From Chrysomallon squamiferum (taxonomy: Eukaryota > Animalia > Mollusca), in the NCBI GenBank assembly GCA_012295275.1, contig CM022674.1, positions 13,950,001-14,014,000 of the forward strand: a stretch of DNA of 64,000 nt. Direction: 5' to 3'. The notes beneath the pieces were generated by a model. The model was given only the letters and a program-made list of their open reading frames with translations, did not search any database and was not told the DNA's origin. Positions 39,215 to 51,950 of this stretch are shown here, in pieces. Numbering within the stretch: position 1 is the first letter of the stretch; each line of letters starts with the position of its first letter. The position numbers and the translations under genes were made by a program.

Positions 39215-42193
39215 TTGACAACATATATTGCTGCTAGTACAGATAGTACTACTGCTAGTACAACTGCTACTACAGATACTACTACTGCTAGTACAACTGC
39301 TACTACAGATACTACTACTGCTAGTACAACTGCTGCTACAGATACTACTACTGCTAATACAACTGCTGCTACAGATACTACTACTGCTAATACAACTGCT
39401 GCTACAGATAGTACTACTGCTAATACAACTGCTGCTACAGATACTACTACTGCTAGTACAACTGCTACTACAGATACTACTACTGCTAATACAACTGCTA
39501 CTACAGATACTACTACTGCTAATACAACTGCTGCTACAGATACTACTACTGCTAATACAACTGCTGCTACAGATAGTACTACTGCTAATACAACTGCTGC
39601 TACAGATACTACTACTGCTAGTACAACTGCTACTACAGATAGTACTACTGCTAGTACAACTGCTACTACAGATACTACTACTGCTAATACAACTGCTACT
39701 ACAGATACTACTACTGCTAATACAACTGCTGCTACAGATACTACTACTGCTAATACAACTGCTGCTACAGATAGTACTACTGCTAATACAACTGCTGCTA
39801 CAGATACTACTACTGCTAGTACAACTGCTGCTACAGATACTACTACTGCTAGTACAACTGCTACTACAGATACTACTACTGCTAATACAACTGCTGCTAC
39901 AGATACTACTACTGCTAATACAACTGCTGCTACAGATAGTACTACTGCTAATACAACTGCTGCTACAGATACTACTACTGCTAGTACAACTGCTGCTACA
40001 GATACTACTACTGCTAGTACAACTGCTACTACAGATACTACTACTGCTAATACAACTGCTGCTACAGATACTACTACTGCTAATACAACTGCTGCTACAG
40101 ATAGTACTACTGCTAATACAACTGCTGCTACAGATACTACTACTGCTAGTACAACTGCTACTACAGATACTACTACTGCTAATACAACTGCTGCTACAGA
40201 TACTACTACTGCTAATACAACTGCTGCTACAGATACTACTACTGCTAATACAACTGCTGCTACAGATACTACTACTGCTAGTACAACTGCTGCTACAGAT
40301 ACTACTACTGCTAATACAACTGCTGCTACAGATACTACTACTGCTAATACAACTGCTGCTACAGATAGTACTACTGCTAATACAACTGCTGCTACAGATA
40401 GTACTACTGCTAGTACAACTGCTGCTACAGATACTACTACTGCTAGTACAACTGCTGCTACAGATACTACTACTGCTAGTACAACTGCTGCTACAGATAC
40501 TACTACTGCTAATACAATACAACTGCTACAGATAGTACTACTGCTAGTACAACTGCTGCTACAGATACTACTACTGCTAGTACAACTGCTGCTACAGATA
40601 CTACTACTGCTAGTACAACTGCTACTACAGATACTACTACTGCTAATACAACTGCTGCTACAGATACTACTACAAACAAATACAACTGCTGCTACAGATA
40701 GTACTACTGCTAATACAACTGCTGCTACAGATAGTACTACTGCTAATACAACTGCTGCTACAGATACTACTACTGCTAATACAACTGCTGCTACAGATAC
40801 TACTACTGCTAATACAACTGCTGCTACAGATACTACTACTGCTAATACAACTGCTGCTACAGATACTACTACTGCTAGTACAACTGCTACTACAGATACT
40901 ACTACTGCTAATACAACTGCTGCTACAGATACTACTACTGCTAATACAACTGCTGCTACAGATAGTACTACTGCTAATACAACTGCTGCTACAGATACTA
41001 CTACTGCTAGTACAACTGCTGCTACAGATACTACTACTGCTAGTACAACTGCTACTACAGATACTACTACTGCTAATACAACTGCTACTACAGATACTAC
41101 TACTGCTAATACAACTGCTGCTACAGATACTACTACTGCTAATACAACTGCTGCTACAGATACTACTACTGCTAGTAAACTGCTGCTACAGATACTACTA
41201 CTGCTAGTACTAGTAATAACTGCTACTACAGATAGTACTACTGCTAGTACAACTACTACTACAGATACTACTACTGCTAATACAACTGCTACTACAGATA
41301 CTACTACTGCTAATACAACTGCTACTACAGATACTACTACTGCTAATACAACTGCTACTACAGATACTACTACTGCTAGTACAACTGCTACTACAGATAC
41401 TACTACTGCTAATACAACTGCTACTACAGATACTACTACTGCTAGTACAACTGCTACTACAGATACTACTACTGCTAATACAACTGCTACTACAGATACT
41501 ACTACTCCTAGTACAACTGCTGCTACAGATACTACTACTGCTAGTACAACTGCTGCTACAGATAGTACTACTGCTAGTACAACTGCTACTACAGATACTA
41601 CTACTGCTAGTACAACTGCTAGTACAACTGCTACTACAGATAGTACTACTGCTAGTACAACTGTTACTACAGATAGTACTACTGCTAGTACAACTGCTTC
41701 TACAGATACTACTACTGCTAGTACAACTGCTACTACAGATACTACTACTGCTAGTACAACTGCTACTACAGATACTACTACTGCTAGTACAACTGCTACT
41801 ACAGATACTACTACTGCTAGTACAACTAGAACTACAGATACTACTACTGCTAGTACAACTAGGACTACAGATACTACTACTGCTAGTACAACTACTACTA
41901 CAGATACTACTACTGCTAGTACAACTAGTACTACAGATACTACTGCTGCTAGTACAACTAGTACTACAGATACTACTACTGCTAGTACAACTAGTACTAC
42001 AGATACTACTACTGCTAGTACAACTACTACTACTGCTAGTACAACTGCTACTACAGATAGTACTACTGCTAGTACAACTGCTACTACAGATAGTACTACT
42101 GCTAGTACAACTACTACTACAGATAGTACTACTGCTAGTACAACTACTACTACAGATACTACTGCTAGTCCTGGTACGGCACCTATCGTGTAG
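39215..42193 (+). CDS. Thr/Ala-rich mucin-like tandem-repeat ORF (11-aa unit DTTTA[N/S]TTA[A/T]T); coding status unproven
   Basis: ~2.98-kb open frame. Thr-rich non-repeat sequence lies upstream (38602-39200, frameshifted) after a TTTGCAG acceptor; possible donor CTG|GTACGG at ~42173. Confidence 0.45.
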   Translation: MTTYIAASTDSTTASTTATTDTTTASTTATTDTTTASTTAATDTTTANTTAATDTTTANTTAATDSTTANTTAATDTTTASTTATTDTTTANTTATTDTTTANTTAATDTTTANTTAATDSTTANTTAATDTTTASTTATTDSTTASTTATTDTTTANTTATTDTTTANTTAATDTTTANTTAATDSTTANTTAATDTTTASTTAATDTTTASTTATTDTTTANTTAATDTTTANTTAATDSTTANTTAATDTTTASTTAATDTTTASTTATTDTTTANTTAATDTTTANTTAATDSTTANTTAATDTTTASTTATTDTTTANTTAATDTTTANTTAATDTTTANTTAATDTTTASTTAATDTTTANTTAATDTTTANTTAATDSTTANTTAATDSTTASTTAATDTTTASTTAATDTTTASTTAATDTTTANTIQLLQIVLLLVQLLLQILLLLVQLLLQILLLLVQLLLQILLLLIQLLLQILLQTNTTAATDSTTANTTAATDSTTANTTAATDTTTANTTAATDTTTANTTAATDTTTANTTAATDTTTASTTATTDTTTANTTAATDTTTANTTAATDSTTANTTAATDTTTASTTAATDTTTASTTATTDTTTANTTATTDTTTANTTAATDTTTANTTAATDTTTASKLLLQILLLLVLVITATTDSTTASTTTTTDTTTANTTATTDTTTANTTATTDTTTANTTATTDTTTASTTATTDTTTANTTATTDTTTASTTATTDTTTANTTATTDTTTPSTTAATDTTTASTTAATDSTTASTTATTDTTTASTTASTTATTDSTTASTTVTTDSTTASTTASTDTTTASTTATTDTTTASTTATTDTTTASTTATTDTTTASTTRTTDTTTASTTRTTDTTTASTTTTTDTTTASTTSTTDTTAASTTSTTDTTTASTTSTTDTTTASTTTTTASTTATTDSTTASTTATTDSTTASTTTTTDSTTASTTTTTDTTASPGTAPIV
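39233..42168. repeat. 33-bp tandem array, roughly 89 units
   Basis: Unit GATACTACTACTGCTA(A/G)TACAACTGCT(G/A)CTACA. Confidence 0.95.
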
Positions 42194-42561
42194 TTCAGGA
42201 CATGACGCTGACTGAATTAACCTGATAAAACTGGACATACCTGTACTAGACAGGACTAGTAGAAGGGAAAGGGGAAGGGAAAGTGAGGGGAGGAGCTCGA
42301 ATGGGCGGAACAGCGACATTATAATTATAATCACTGCAGAAATAGAGTCACTGTCAAACAAAGGTACAGAACTAAATAGCTATTCAGTTGTTAATCGTTA
42401 AAATGCGATTAAAAGTTCACACTTAATAACTGTCAAATACAAAAAAACAACAAAAAAAAAAAAAAAAAAAAAAAACAACAACAAACAAACAAACATAAAA
42501 ACGTAATAATAAGAAGAAAATAAATTAAAAACGTATCCCTAATCATAACCATAGCCCTAAC

Positions 42562-42993
42562 CGAACTGAAATGAACTTTATTTAAACGTAGTCTGTGGCA
42601 TGTGAGGATACATTCATACAAAATTTAATATAACAATTAAAACAATATGGCGGATTCACAATAATGTACATAATAATAAAAATATGTACACTATATCAAT
42701 ACACCAGCCAGAGGATTGAAAGTTATTCATGATTATATTACAGAAAATAGAAAGTTTTCTAAGGGCACAAGTTTCTTTAGAGTTAAATAATTTATAAAAC
42801 TTAGGAATGCTTGGTTTAGACTGACAGAAAAATGGAAGGTAACGGTTCCTTTTATTCTTAAGAAACATACATGTAAATATAAAATGAAACTCATCTCCGA
42901 TGTCATAGTTATTACACAATATTCTATTTTCAAATAGTGTATTTTTCCATCTTCCCGTTTCAACAGGAAGATTATGATTTGAAGGTCTAAACC
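42562..42993 (-). mobile_element. 5'-truncated non-LTR retrotransposon (LINE; RTE-X or CR1/L2-type) 3' fragment
   Basis: Minus-strand translation RFRPSNHNLPVETGRWKN...RILCNNYDIGDEFHFIFTC...KFYKLFNS...LRKLSIFC is the typical ORF2 C-terminal Cys/His region; followed by 3'UTR, AATAAA and a (TTCAG)-like short-repeat tail. Confidence 0.85.
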
Positions 42994-43167
42994 GTAACCA
43001 TGGAAACCAGTGTTTTCTGTCTGCAAAGTTGAAATAAGTCTCACATAATCAGCTGTCAACCTATGGCTAGTTTTGTGTAACAAATAATTTAAAAATTTGT
43101 CAGGTTAGGCTGGCTTTTCTCGCTTTTCACGGTTTTCACTGATGTCTGCGGGAATCTAACACGTGAG

Positions 43168-44337
43168 GGCAGCAAGGAAAGGTAGGGCAGTAAGGAAAGG
43201 TAGGACTGTAAGGAAATGTAGGTCTGTAAGGAAATGTAGGGCAGTAAGGAAAGGTAGGGCAGTAAGGAAAGGTAGGACTGTAAGGAAATGTAGGGCAGTA
43301 AGGAAAGGTAGGACTGTAAGGAAAGGTAGGGCAGTAAGGAAAGGTAGGACTGTAAGGGAAGGTAGGACTGTAAGGAAAGGTAGGGCAGTAAGGAAAGGTA
43401 GGACTGTAAGGAAAGGTAGGGCAGTAAGGAAAGGTAGGACTGTAAGGAAAGGTAGGGCAGTAAGGAAAGGTAGGACTGGAAGGAAATGTGGGGAAAGGAA
43501 AGGTGGGACTGTAAGGAAAGGTAGGACTGTAAGGAAAGGTAGGGCTGTAAGGAAAGGTAGGACTGTAAGGAAAGGTAGGGCAGTAAGGAAAGGTAGGGCA
43601 GTAAGGAAAGGTAGGACTGTAAGGAAAGGTAGGGCTGTAAGGAAAGGTAGGGCAGTAAGGAAAGGTAGGGCAGTAAGGAAAGGTAGGACTGTAAGGAAAT
43701 GTAGGGCAGTAAGGAAAGGTAGGACTGTAAGGAAAGGTAGGGCAGTAAGGGAAGGTAGGACTGTAAGGAAATGTAGGGCACTAAGGAAAGGTAGGACTGT
43801 AAGGAAATGTAGGACTGTAAGTAAAGGTAGGACTGTAAGGAAAGGTAGGGCAGTAAGGAAAGGTAGGACTGTAAGGAAATGTAGGGCTGTAAGGAAAGTA
43901 AGGAGGGTAGGTAAGGAAAGGTAGGGTAAGGAAAGGTAGGGCAGTAAGGAAAGGTAGGGCAGTAAGGAAAGGTAGGGCTGTAAGGAAAGGTAGGACTGTA
44001 AGGAAAGGTAGGGCAGTAAGGAAAGGTAGGACTGTAAGGAAAGGTAGGGCTGTAAGGAAAGGTAGGACTGTAAGGAAAGGTAGGACTGTAAGGAAAGGTA
44101 GGGCTGTAAGGAAAGGTAGGGCTTTAAGTAAAGGTAGGACTGTAAGTAAAGGTAGGACTGTAAGGAAAGGTAGGGCAGTAAGGAAAGGTAGGGCAGTAAG
44201 GAAAGGTAGGACTGTAAGGAAAGGTAGGGCAGTAAGGAAAGGTAGGACTGTAAGGAAAGGTAGGGCTGTAAGGAAAGGTAGGGCAGTAAGGAAAGGTAGG
44301 GCTGTAAGGAAAGGTAGGGCTGTAAGGAAAGGTAGGG
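43168..44337. repeat. 18-bp purine-rich minisatellite, roughly 65 units
   Basis: AAGGAAAGGTAGG(GCA/ACT/GCT)GT with interspersed variants. Confidence 0.95.
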
Positions 44338-44785
44338 ATCTGAGGAAGAACTAGCGACAAGCGGGTGCGTTGTACTTTTTGAAGAACAGGAAGGTCACTG
44401 TTGAAGATCTTTAAACTTTGACCTTGCTTTGATAACTTTGATAAGTGTTTGACAGCGTGATTTTGTGAGATACTTTTCTCACTTTTGGTTCTGTCATCAT
44501 GCACTATAATCTGTGTCATAACGGCGTATTGTTTTATATATAGAACTTAAAACTTGTAGTAACGTAATTATCCTGCTTCTCTCGTGCCCGATTCCGTCTC
44601 TGATTAGGATTCAGTTGACTGATTCCGTATTTCAAACTAGCTTTCCCCAAATCATTGAATAATTTATTTGGTTTTATTCTGTTTTGATTTATTACAAAAC
44701 TTAATAAACTTAAGCTGTTTATTTATCTAGTGGACGTGTGTAGTATTATACCATCATAATCAGTTTGAATTTACTAAATCCTGTC

Positions 44786-44851
<66 letters not shown>

Positions 44852-46015
44852 CAAACACCAAAAACTATTCTTCTTATAAATTTTACAAAATCTGATCTTC
44901 TTTAGTTTGAATTTTTTTGTTTGTGCAACCCACATTTTATTAGAAGCTGAATTAACATACAATAAAACACCTATGATTTGATTTAATCTTTAACTAAATT
45001 GTGAGGTACATTTTAATTATATTTTCTTTTATTATCATTTGTTAAATATACTTTTTAAGTTACACTAAATGAGGCAATTAAACCAAATCTTTCCTCGATA
45101 CCCAGCCTTTCAGTATTAAATTAAACAAGATTTATTTCTCAAGACGAAGTATTTTATCTGTGTCAGTCAAGCGGTCTTTCTGAATCACGTGATCAGGAAA
45201 GGAAAAATGTTTCAGGTCCGTACCTGAGTTAAATCAAAGATACAGTGCACTACTGTTGTATAAATATGTATGTACCTGTAATTATTAATGTTTGTAAAGT
45301 AATGACATTCAGAATATATGATTGATAATAATCACAAACACAGTGGCTTGACCCGAATTGAATAAACATCATCTTCTAATGTATGTTTCTATTTTATGTT
45401 GTGAAATGAAAACATTATTTTAAAAAGATAAAAAGATTATACAACAACTACTAATACTACTGCTACTACTATTACTACTAATATTACTACTAATATAAAT
45501 ACTACCACTACTTTACTACTAATACTAATACTAATACTACTACCACCACTAACAGATCTGGTAATTATTTTTGTGATTTTATTTGATTATATTTAGAAGT
45601 TTACTTGTTCACTCTGCTACTCGCATTTGATCTGTACCTGAAGTAATTATCTGATACACTTGTAACTTGCGTGTATTGAAAACGTGACTAAACAAAGTCA
45701 AGTATGTTTCGCCTCGGAAAACACATAGAACGCAAACATTTGTTAAACTGAGCTTACACAATAGGTACGTAATTAAAAACCTGAATTATGTCATTTATTT
45801 GTGTTACGTTTTTTTTTTTTTTTTTTTTTTCTTCTTTTATCTTAACAGGTCCAGGATCATCCAATTCGTCGTTTATTTTTCTAGTGTGTGTGTGTCTGTG
45901 TGTGTTTCCGTGTCTGTGACTTAACAGTTTTCTTCATTTTCTTTCGAGTTTGTTGTACGTGTTGGCTAATGATATCTAACAAAGACCCGATTCCAGCAAG
46001 TTTATTATTCAAATT

Positions 46016-46046
<31 letters not shown>

Positions 46047-46142
46047 AAATAGTAATAGTAATAATAATAACAATAATAATAATAAATAAATAAATAATAC
46101 TAATAGTATCTCTGACAGAAAATAAATGCTTTTACTCATTGA

Positions 46143-46229
<87 letters not shown>

Positions 46230-47057
46230 CCTGCATTTGCATTCTTCTTTCTTATGTCTGTATTACATCCCCTCTTGTGTGTACCTGAATTAACCTCACA
46301 TTACCAAACACTTGAGAATTGCTCTCTCATTCAAACAAAAACAACAGAAATACACGTGCTTTGTATTAGTCAGATAATAAAAAAATATAAAATTATGAAT
46401 TTAATCGTTAGAATGATTTATTTATTTTTCTATTTATTTTAAATATAATGGAATAAAGCTGTGTATTATAGATAAGGAATATATATATATATATTATTAT
46501 TATTATTATTTTATTACTATTAGGTATACGTTACTAGAATCATATATTCACTTTATATCCTGTTTTTCATTATTATAGTTTATTTATATATCTTACGAAA
46601 AGTCCTGATACCGCCAGTTCATTATTCAAGTTTAAACAAGACAAAAGTTTGAGGCTAAATGTATTATCTTTCTGCGTCCTTCTACAAACCAGTTGCTATA
46701 TTTATTATTACTAAATATGTGACAGATTGTAACCAGAATTTATAAATTAATTAAGTGCACAAATTACGTTAAGGTAGGTGTTACTTTTACTCCTGTTTAC
46801 TTTATCACGAAAATTTCAAACTTTCACGATTATTTTTATTTCAGAAGAAACAAAAGTTCTGTGAAAAATTTCAAACTGCCACCCCTCCTTTATGAGAAAT
46901 GGTATCTTCCTCTCGCTAAGTGTCGACCGCACTCGCAGCTGTGACACCAAACTGACATTTCAGACGAGTAAGAGAACGTTTTATAGGTGTTAAATTTTTC
47001 ATTTCTAAAGTCAAAGGTAAGAAAAATGTATTATTATTGTTATTATTATTATTATAG

Positions 47058-47088
<31 letters not shown>

Positions 47089-47609
47089 GCTAAGATATTT
47101 TAAATGTGTTGAGTTTTCATCCAGTAGCAGTTTCATTCGTTTATTATGAGATTTTTGAATCGTGACTTCATCATCATTTGATTGAATACATTACTTCGCT
47201 CAAGGCCACGTTTCTTTTATTGTGCGTGTTCGAGCTGGATCAGTCGTGAAAATGTGGGCATGGTTAATGTGTCGTGACAAATGTTTAGTTTGTCGTTCTT
47301 CTGTCTTTTGTTGTTGTTTTACTTTGCTTCACATAATTTATTACGTTTGGCTTTCATCTTTGTATAATTGATCTGTTTCTTTCTCAAATAAACTGTGACA
47401 TACAAATAAAATAAAATAAAATAAATACTTTACATAGAAAATTTATAATATTATAGTGTTACATTCGCAAGTTTATATATTTACTTTATCATTTCATTTA
47501 CTTATTTTTACATTCCGTTGGTCCTTTGAATTAGCTGGAATTAATGTCGAGTTTTTGTATCTCCAGTCAGTTGTTTTCAACCGCTATTCTTTGTTATTAT
47601 AATATTTTT

Positions 47610-47643
<34 letters not shown>

Positions 47644-47662
47644 GCAATAATAATGATAACAA

Positions 47663-47723
<61 letters not shown>

Positions 47724-47730
47724 GACAGGT

Positions 47731-48047
47731 ATGGCAACAGCTTCAAACTCCGATGACAGCTTTTCATGCTCTCTCTGTTTGGATATTTTCGACAAGCCAC
47801 GAGTTCTGTTCTGCGGACATTCATTCTGTTCTAAATGCCTGCAGAATTACATCAGTAATAAATACAGCAACAACGACAAAAAAATCATCTGCCCGTTCTG
47901 CATACAGAAAGTCCCCGTTCCAAACCGCAAGAAACCAGTGGACACGTGGGCAGCTCAGTTCCCTATAAACAAGTCACTACAGGACGCCGCCAGTGATCGG
48001 CAACAACCAAATTCTTGTGAGTCAGATGTTGTGTTTAGATACTTTAC

Positions 48048-48086
<39 letters not shown>

Positions 48087-48275
48087 TTTAAAAAGAAGAT
48101 GCAGTGATTATTTAACAAAAAAATATTTATGTCGTGTATGCAGTAGGCTCATAAAGAAATAGAGAACATTTTATTTGTAACATTTCTTTACTCAGATTTT
48201 TAAATTAGGTGATAAAATAGTCTACAACTTCTCACATTTTATCTATATCTTTATTCATTGTATTAATACTAGTTC

Positions 48276-48346
<71 letters not shown>

Positions 48347-49715
48347 TATTTATTTATTTTAGCTAAAAAGGGAGGTCACATTTCAGTTCTCAGTTCTGTT
48401 ACTGACAGTATGAAATCATTTAAAGAAATTCTTCAGACAGAGATGGATGAGAAGATTGAGCAACTTCGACAAGCTGTCAACATCAGCGTAGTGGACACAA
48501 CAGAAGAGGTCAGAAGGATTGGTGACACACTAATCATGGATTTTGCAGACGCAGTCCACAAAGAACAAGACAGGTTAAAAAGAGAAATAGAAAAATCTCA
48601 GAACATTGTAAACACAGAAATAGACAAACTATGTTTACCACACATAGACATCTGATTGATGAAAATGAAAGAATGATAAAACTGGGGGAAGATTTGTTGA
48701 AAAGAAAATCAGAGTCAGATATAAAAATAAACATTAAAAAATTCACCAAACTTCAAAATATAACTTCCGACTTTCTGTCTAAATCTGTTTTACAAATAGA
48801 AAAAGCAGAGTTCAAAATAAATCTGATAAAATCATATAAAAAGAGAGAAATGTCTGTACACATTGGAGAAATATCCACAAACATCCAACAAAACACACAT
48901 ATAGACAGACAGAAAGACACACTCAAACACACAGAGACTATTGACACAAAAACACAAGAAGATAAATCAAATCCTTGTCTGGTTTCCATCCTCGTGTCAG
49001 GTGAGAACAAAAGTAAAATTGTTGTTAGTGATTATGACAATGTTGTGTAAAATGTTTTTCTTTAGAACGAAAATCACTGATAAACAGATATGTAACTTCC
49101 TCCCCACCATATGGTCTTGCTGAATCACGTGATCTGCAGGGCAACGTTGTTCTTGTTGTTGCTCTGTCAGGTGAAAATAAAATATTGTTTTTAAATTTGA
49201 AAACGTTCGAACTGATCAAAACAGTTGGAACTAATAAAAGTTATGAGTATGTCGCTGTGCTACCTTTGAACCGTTTCGCGGTCGTTGGAGGTTATGAAGA
49301 TCAGTACTTGGACATACTGGCAGACAGTGGTCAGATCATTGATTCTATCTCAGCAGATTTGATCTCCGAACCGTATAGTCTTACACTTCACGATCAATGT
49401 CAGATTGTTGTGTCAGATGTCAACAAAGTATATTGTGTGACGTCATCAGGTGACGTCAAATGGGAGTCACGTGATTCAGACAGACTGAGAGACTTGAGAG
49501 GTGTTACATGTGACAGGGTGGGAAATGTTTTTGTTTGTAGTGAAAATAGAAATTGTGTTGTTCAGTTGTCACGAGATGGAAACATTACACGTGACATCCT
49601 CACTGACCAGGATGAACTGTCCAGACCTTTGACTGTCTGTTGTGATGACAACAAACTGTACGTAGGAGAGTTAAACACCGGAAAAATAAAAATATTTACA
49701 TGGTGTAAAAAGTAA
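47731..49715 (+). pseudogene. TRIM-like RING(C3HC4) - coiled coil - NHL/beta-propeller E3 ligase gene, two exons (47731-48016, 48363-49715), two frameshifts (pseudogene or assembly error)
   Basis: CSLC...CGHSFCSKC...CPFC RING and WAAQFPIN motif; phase-1 intron T|GTGAGT...TTTTAG|CT; helical region EILQTEMDEKIEQLRQ; NHL-like repeats EPYSLTL..IVVSD, LRGVTCDRVGNVFVC, RPLTVCCDDNKLYVG. Frame breaks at ~48632 and ~49043. Confidence 0.8.
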
Positions 49716-49968
49716 ACTTCAAACTGTCTGCAAAGTTATTTTCACATTAACTGTTTTGAAGTTGAAAATCGACAGACCTCTTTCTTTACACTAACTGATA
49801 AATAAACAGTAAATCAATTATTTATTGACCATTTAATTTTTTTTTTTTTTTTTTTTTTTTTAAATGTTATTTTTTATTCTGAATTACAGTATCAATTAAT
49901 CTTATTAAATTACAAAATAAATTTCACTTCCAAAACAAACTCTGCTTTTAAAATTCTCACCCAGATTT

Positions 49969-50069
<101 letters not shown>

Positions 50070-51247
50070 AACTATTCTATTATTTTGTAAAGTAGTTTAT
50101 TATGAAGAACGTTGTAATATTTAAAATATATTTGAACATAATTCAGTGTAATCAATTAAATAAAACTGCAATAAAATATTTATGATAATAAATAAACATT
50201 TTCTGTCATTTATTTGTTTCTTGATATGTGTGTCTGAGTTTATAGCCACCTATATATTTATAATAAATAACAAAATTTGTCATTATTTCATGTAATTTTT
50301 GAAACTATTTTATATTGTTTCTTAATGTCTGTCTGTCTGTACAGTTAGCTATGTGTTTTCATATCTGTATGTCTGTCTGTCTGTAAAATATAATTAATAT
50401 GTGTAATATCAAGTTGTTACAAAGTAGTTCACTGGTGAGAGAAAAGTATGAAAAATTGATTATTAGTAGCTGATAAAATTATTGTTTTTGTGGATCCCTG
50501 GCATACTCAGCTGATCTTCTTTTGCTTCTTTTTATTTTGCCTGTCATATTTTCTAAAATTCTCTCTTCAGACATAAAGTTATTTATTATTTTTTTTTTTT
50601 TTAATCAACACAAACAAATAAAAGTAATGAAGAAAATAGAATACACACAGAGACACACACACACACACACACAAAAAGATGTTTTAAAAACGTGACAGTA
50701 TGAAATTGGATGCCTCACTGGACATCTGTAAAACGTGTTTTATATCCGGGTGTTAGATATGTTTCGTCTTTTCTTTATTGTGCACATTCCGATTTGTTCA
50801 TTGTGCAGTCTCTACATAAGAACACAGAAAATTGATTCCTCTATAAATACATATCCACAAATACACACATGCACAGATGGAAGCATGCTTACGCACACAC
50901 ACACAAACGCACGCAATCACGCACGTACACGTACTTTGTCTTCATGGCTGAGCGTTGTCGTAGTTCGCCTTTGGAGCGCAGGCGAATGGATGGCATATGT
51001 TTGATATTTGTCAGCGGCATCACACACATTTATTGACGCACATACACGCACACACACACACGCACACACACACACGCACACACACAGCCACACACATATA
51101 TATTAAAACAGAATATCTTCATAATATCTTTTTAAAAACAATAACACATTTAGATAAGTTTTATACATCACAGATTTCTGTCTCTGTCTGTTTCTCTAGA
51201 TTCACAGTCTTACCTTAAGTATTTGAACCGCTTAACATTGCTTTCAG

Positions 51248-51436
51248 AATAGAACCGTACACTCCACATGAATTGTGTCTGCGTGATGTTGCCGCTACCT
51301 CGCCTGCGGCCATTGTCAGTGACAGCTTTACATAATGCAGGTTTATATATACAGACACATCATTATACACACCGGGTAGTTTCTGGATTGGCTTCCAACG
51401 CAATTTCAATGCAACAGGCCGCAGTCCTGAAACACT
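51248..51436 (+). pseudogene. Possible degenerate C-type-lectin-like exon
   Basis: tttcag| IEPYTPHELCLRDVAATSPAAIVSDSFT*CRFIYTDTSLYTPGSFWIGFQRNFNATGRSPET |gtaa; WIG motif but an in-frame TAA. Confidence 0.3.
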
Positions 51437-51520
51437 GTAAACTTCACCTTTTCCATAGGAAGTTGCGATGCAGTTCGATACAGAAAAAATCTGAAACAAA
51501 TTCCTTTTATGTTTTTCCAG

Positions 51521-51950
51521 AACAAATAACATCACTACCATGTATGTTAATACCACCGACACAGCTACTATTACAGACATTAATACCAGCACTACCACAT
51601 CAGTTAATACCACCGGTACCGGTGTTGTAACCTTCAGCGATATCATGTCTGTTATTACTAGCGGTACCCCTGCTATTTCTATCACTACTACCTGCACTAC
51701 AATGTCCATTAATATCATTGATACCCCTGTTATTACCATCACTACTACCAATACTATCAAACTGGTATTACCACCACTAATAAAAACATTACCATATCTG
51801 TTAATACAACCGGTATCGCCGCTATTACTTAAAATAATATCAGCGATATCATGTCTATTAATACGACAGTTACCACAGCTATTATGACCACAACGACCAG
51901 CACTACAGTACCTGTTATTACCATAGTTACCGATGCTACTATCTAGACTA
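51521..51950 (+). pseudogene. Degenerate Thr-rich mucin-like exon leading into the 56/57-bp array
   Basis: Acceptor gtttttccag; TNNITTMYVNTTDTATITDINTSTTTSVNTTGT...; frame breaks after ~51760. Confidence 0.4.

Noticed and set aside
39203-42361. Minus-strand Ser/Cys-rich ORFs and plus-strand Leu/Gln ORF over the 33-bp array
   Set aside because: Shadow frames of a stop-free repeat unit; flanking unique sequence supports only the Thr-rich frame, if any.
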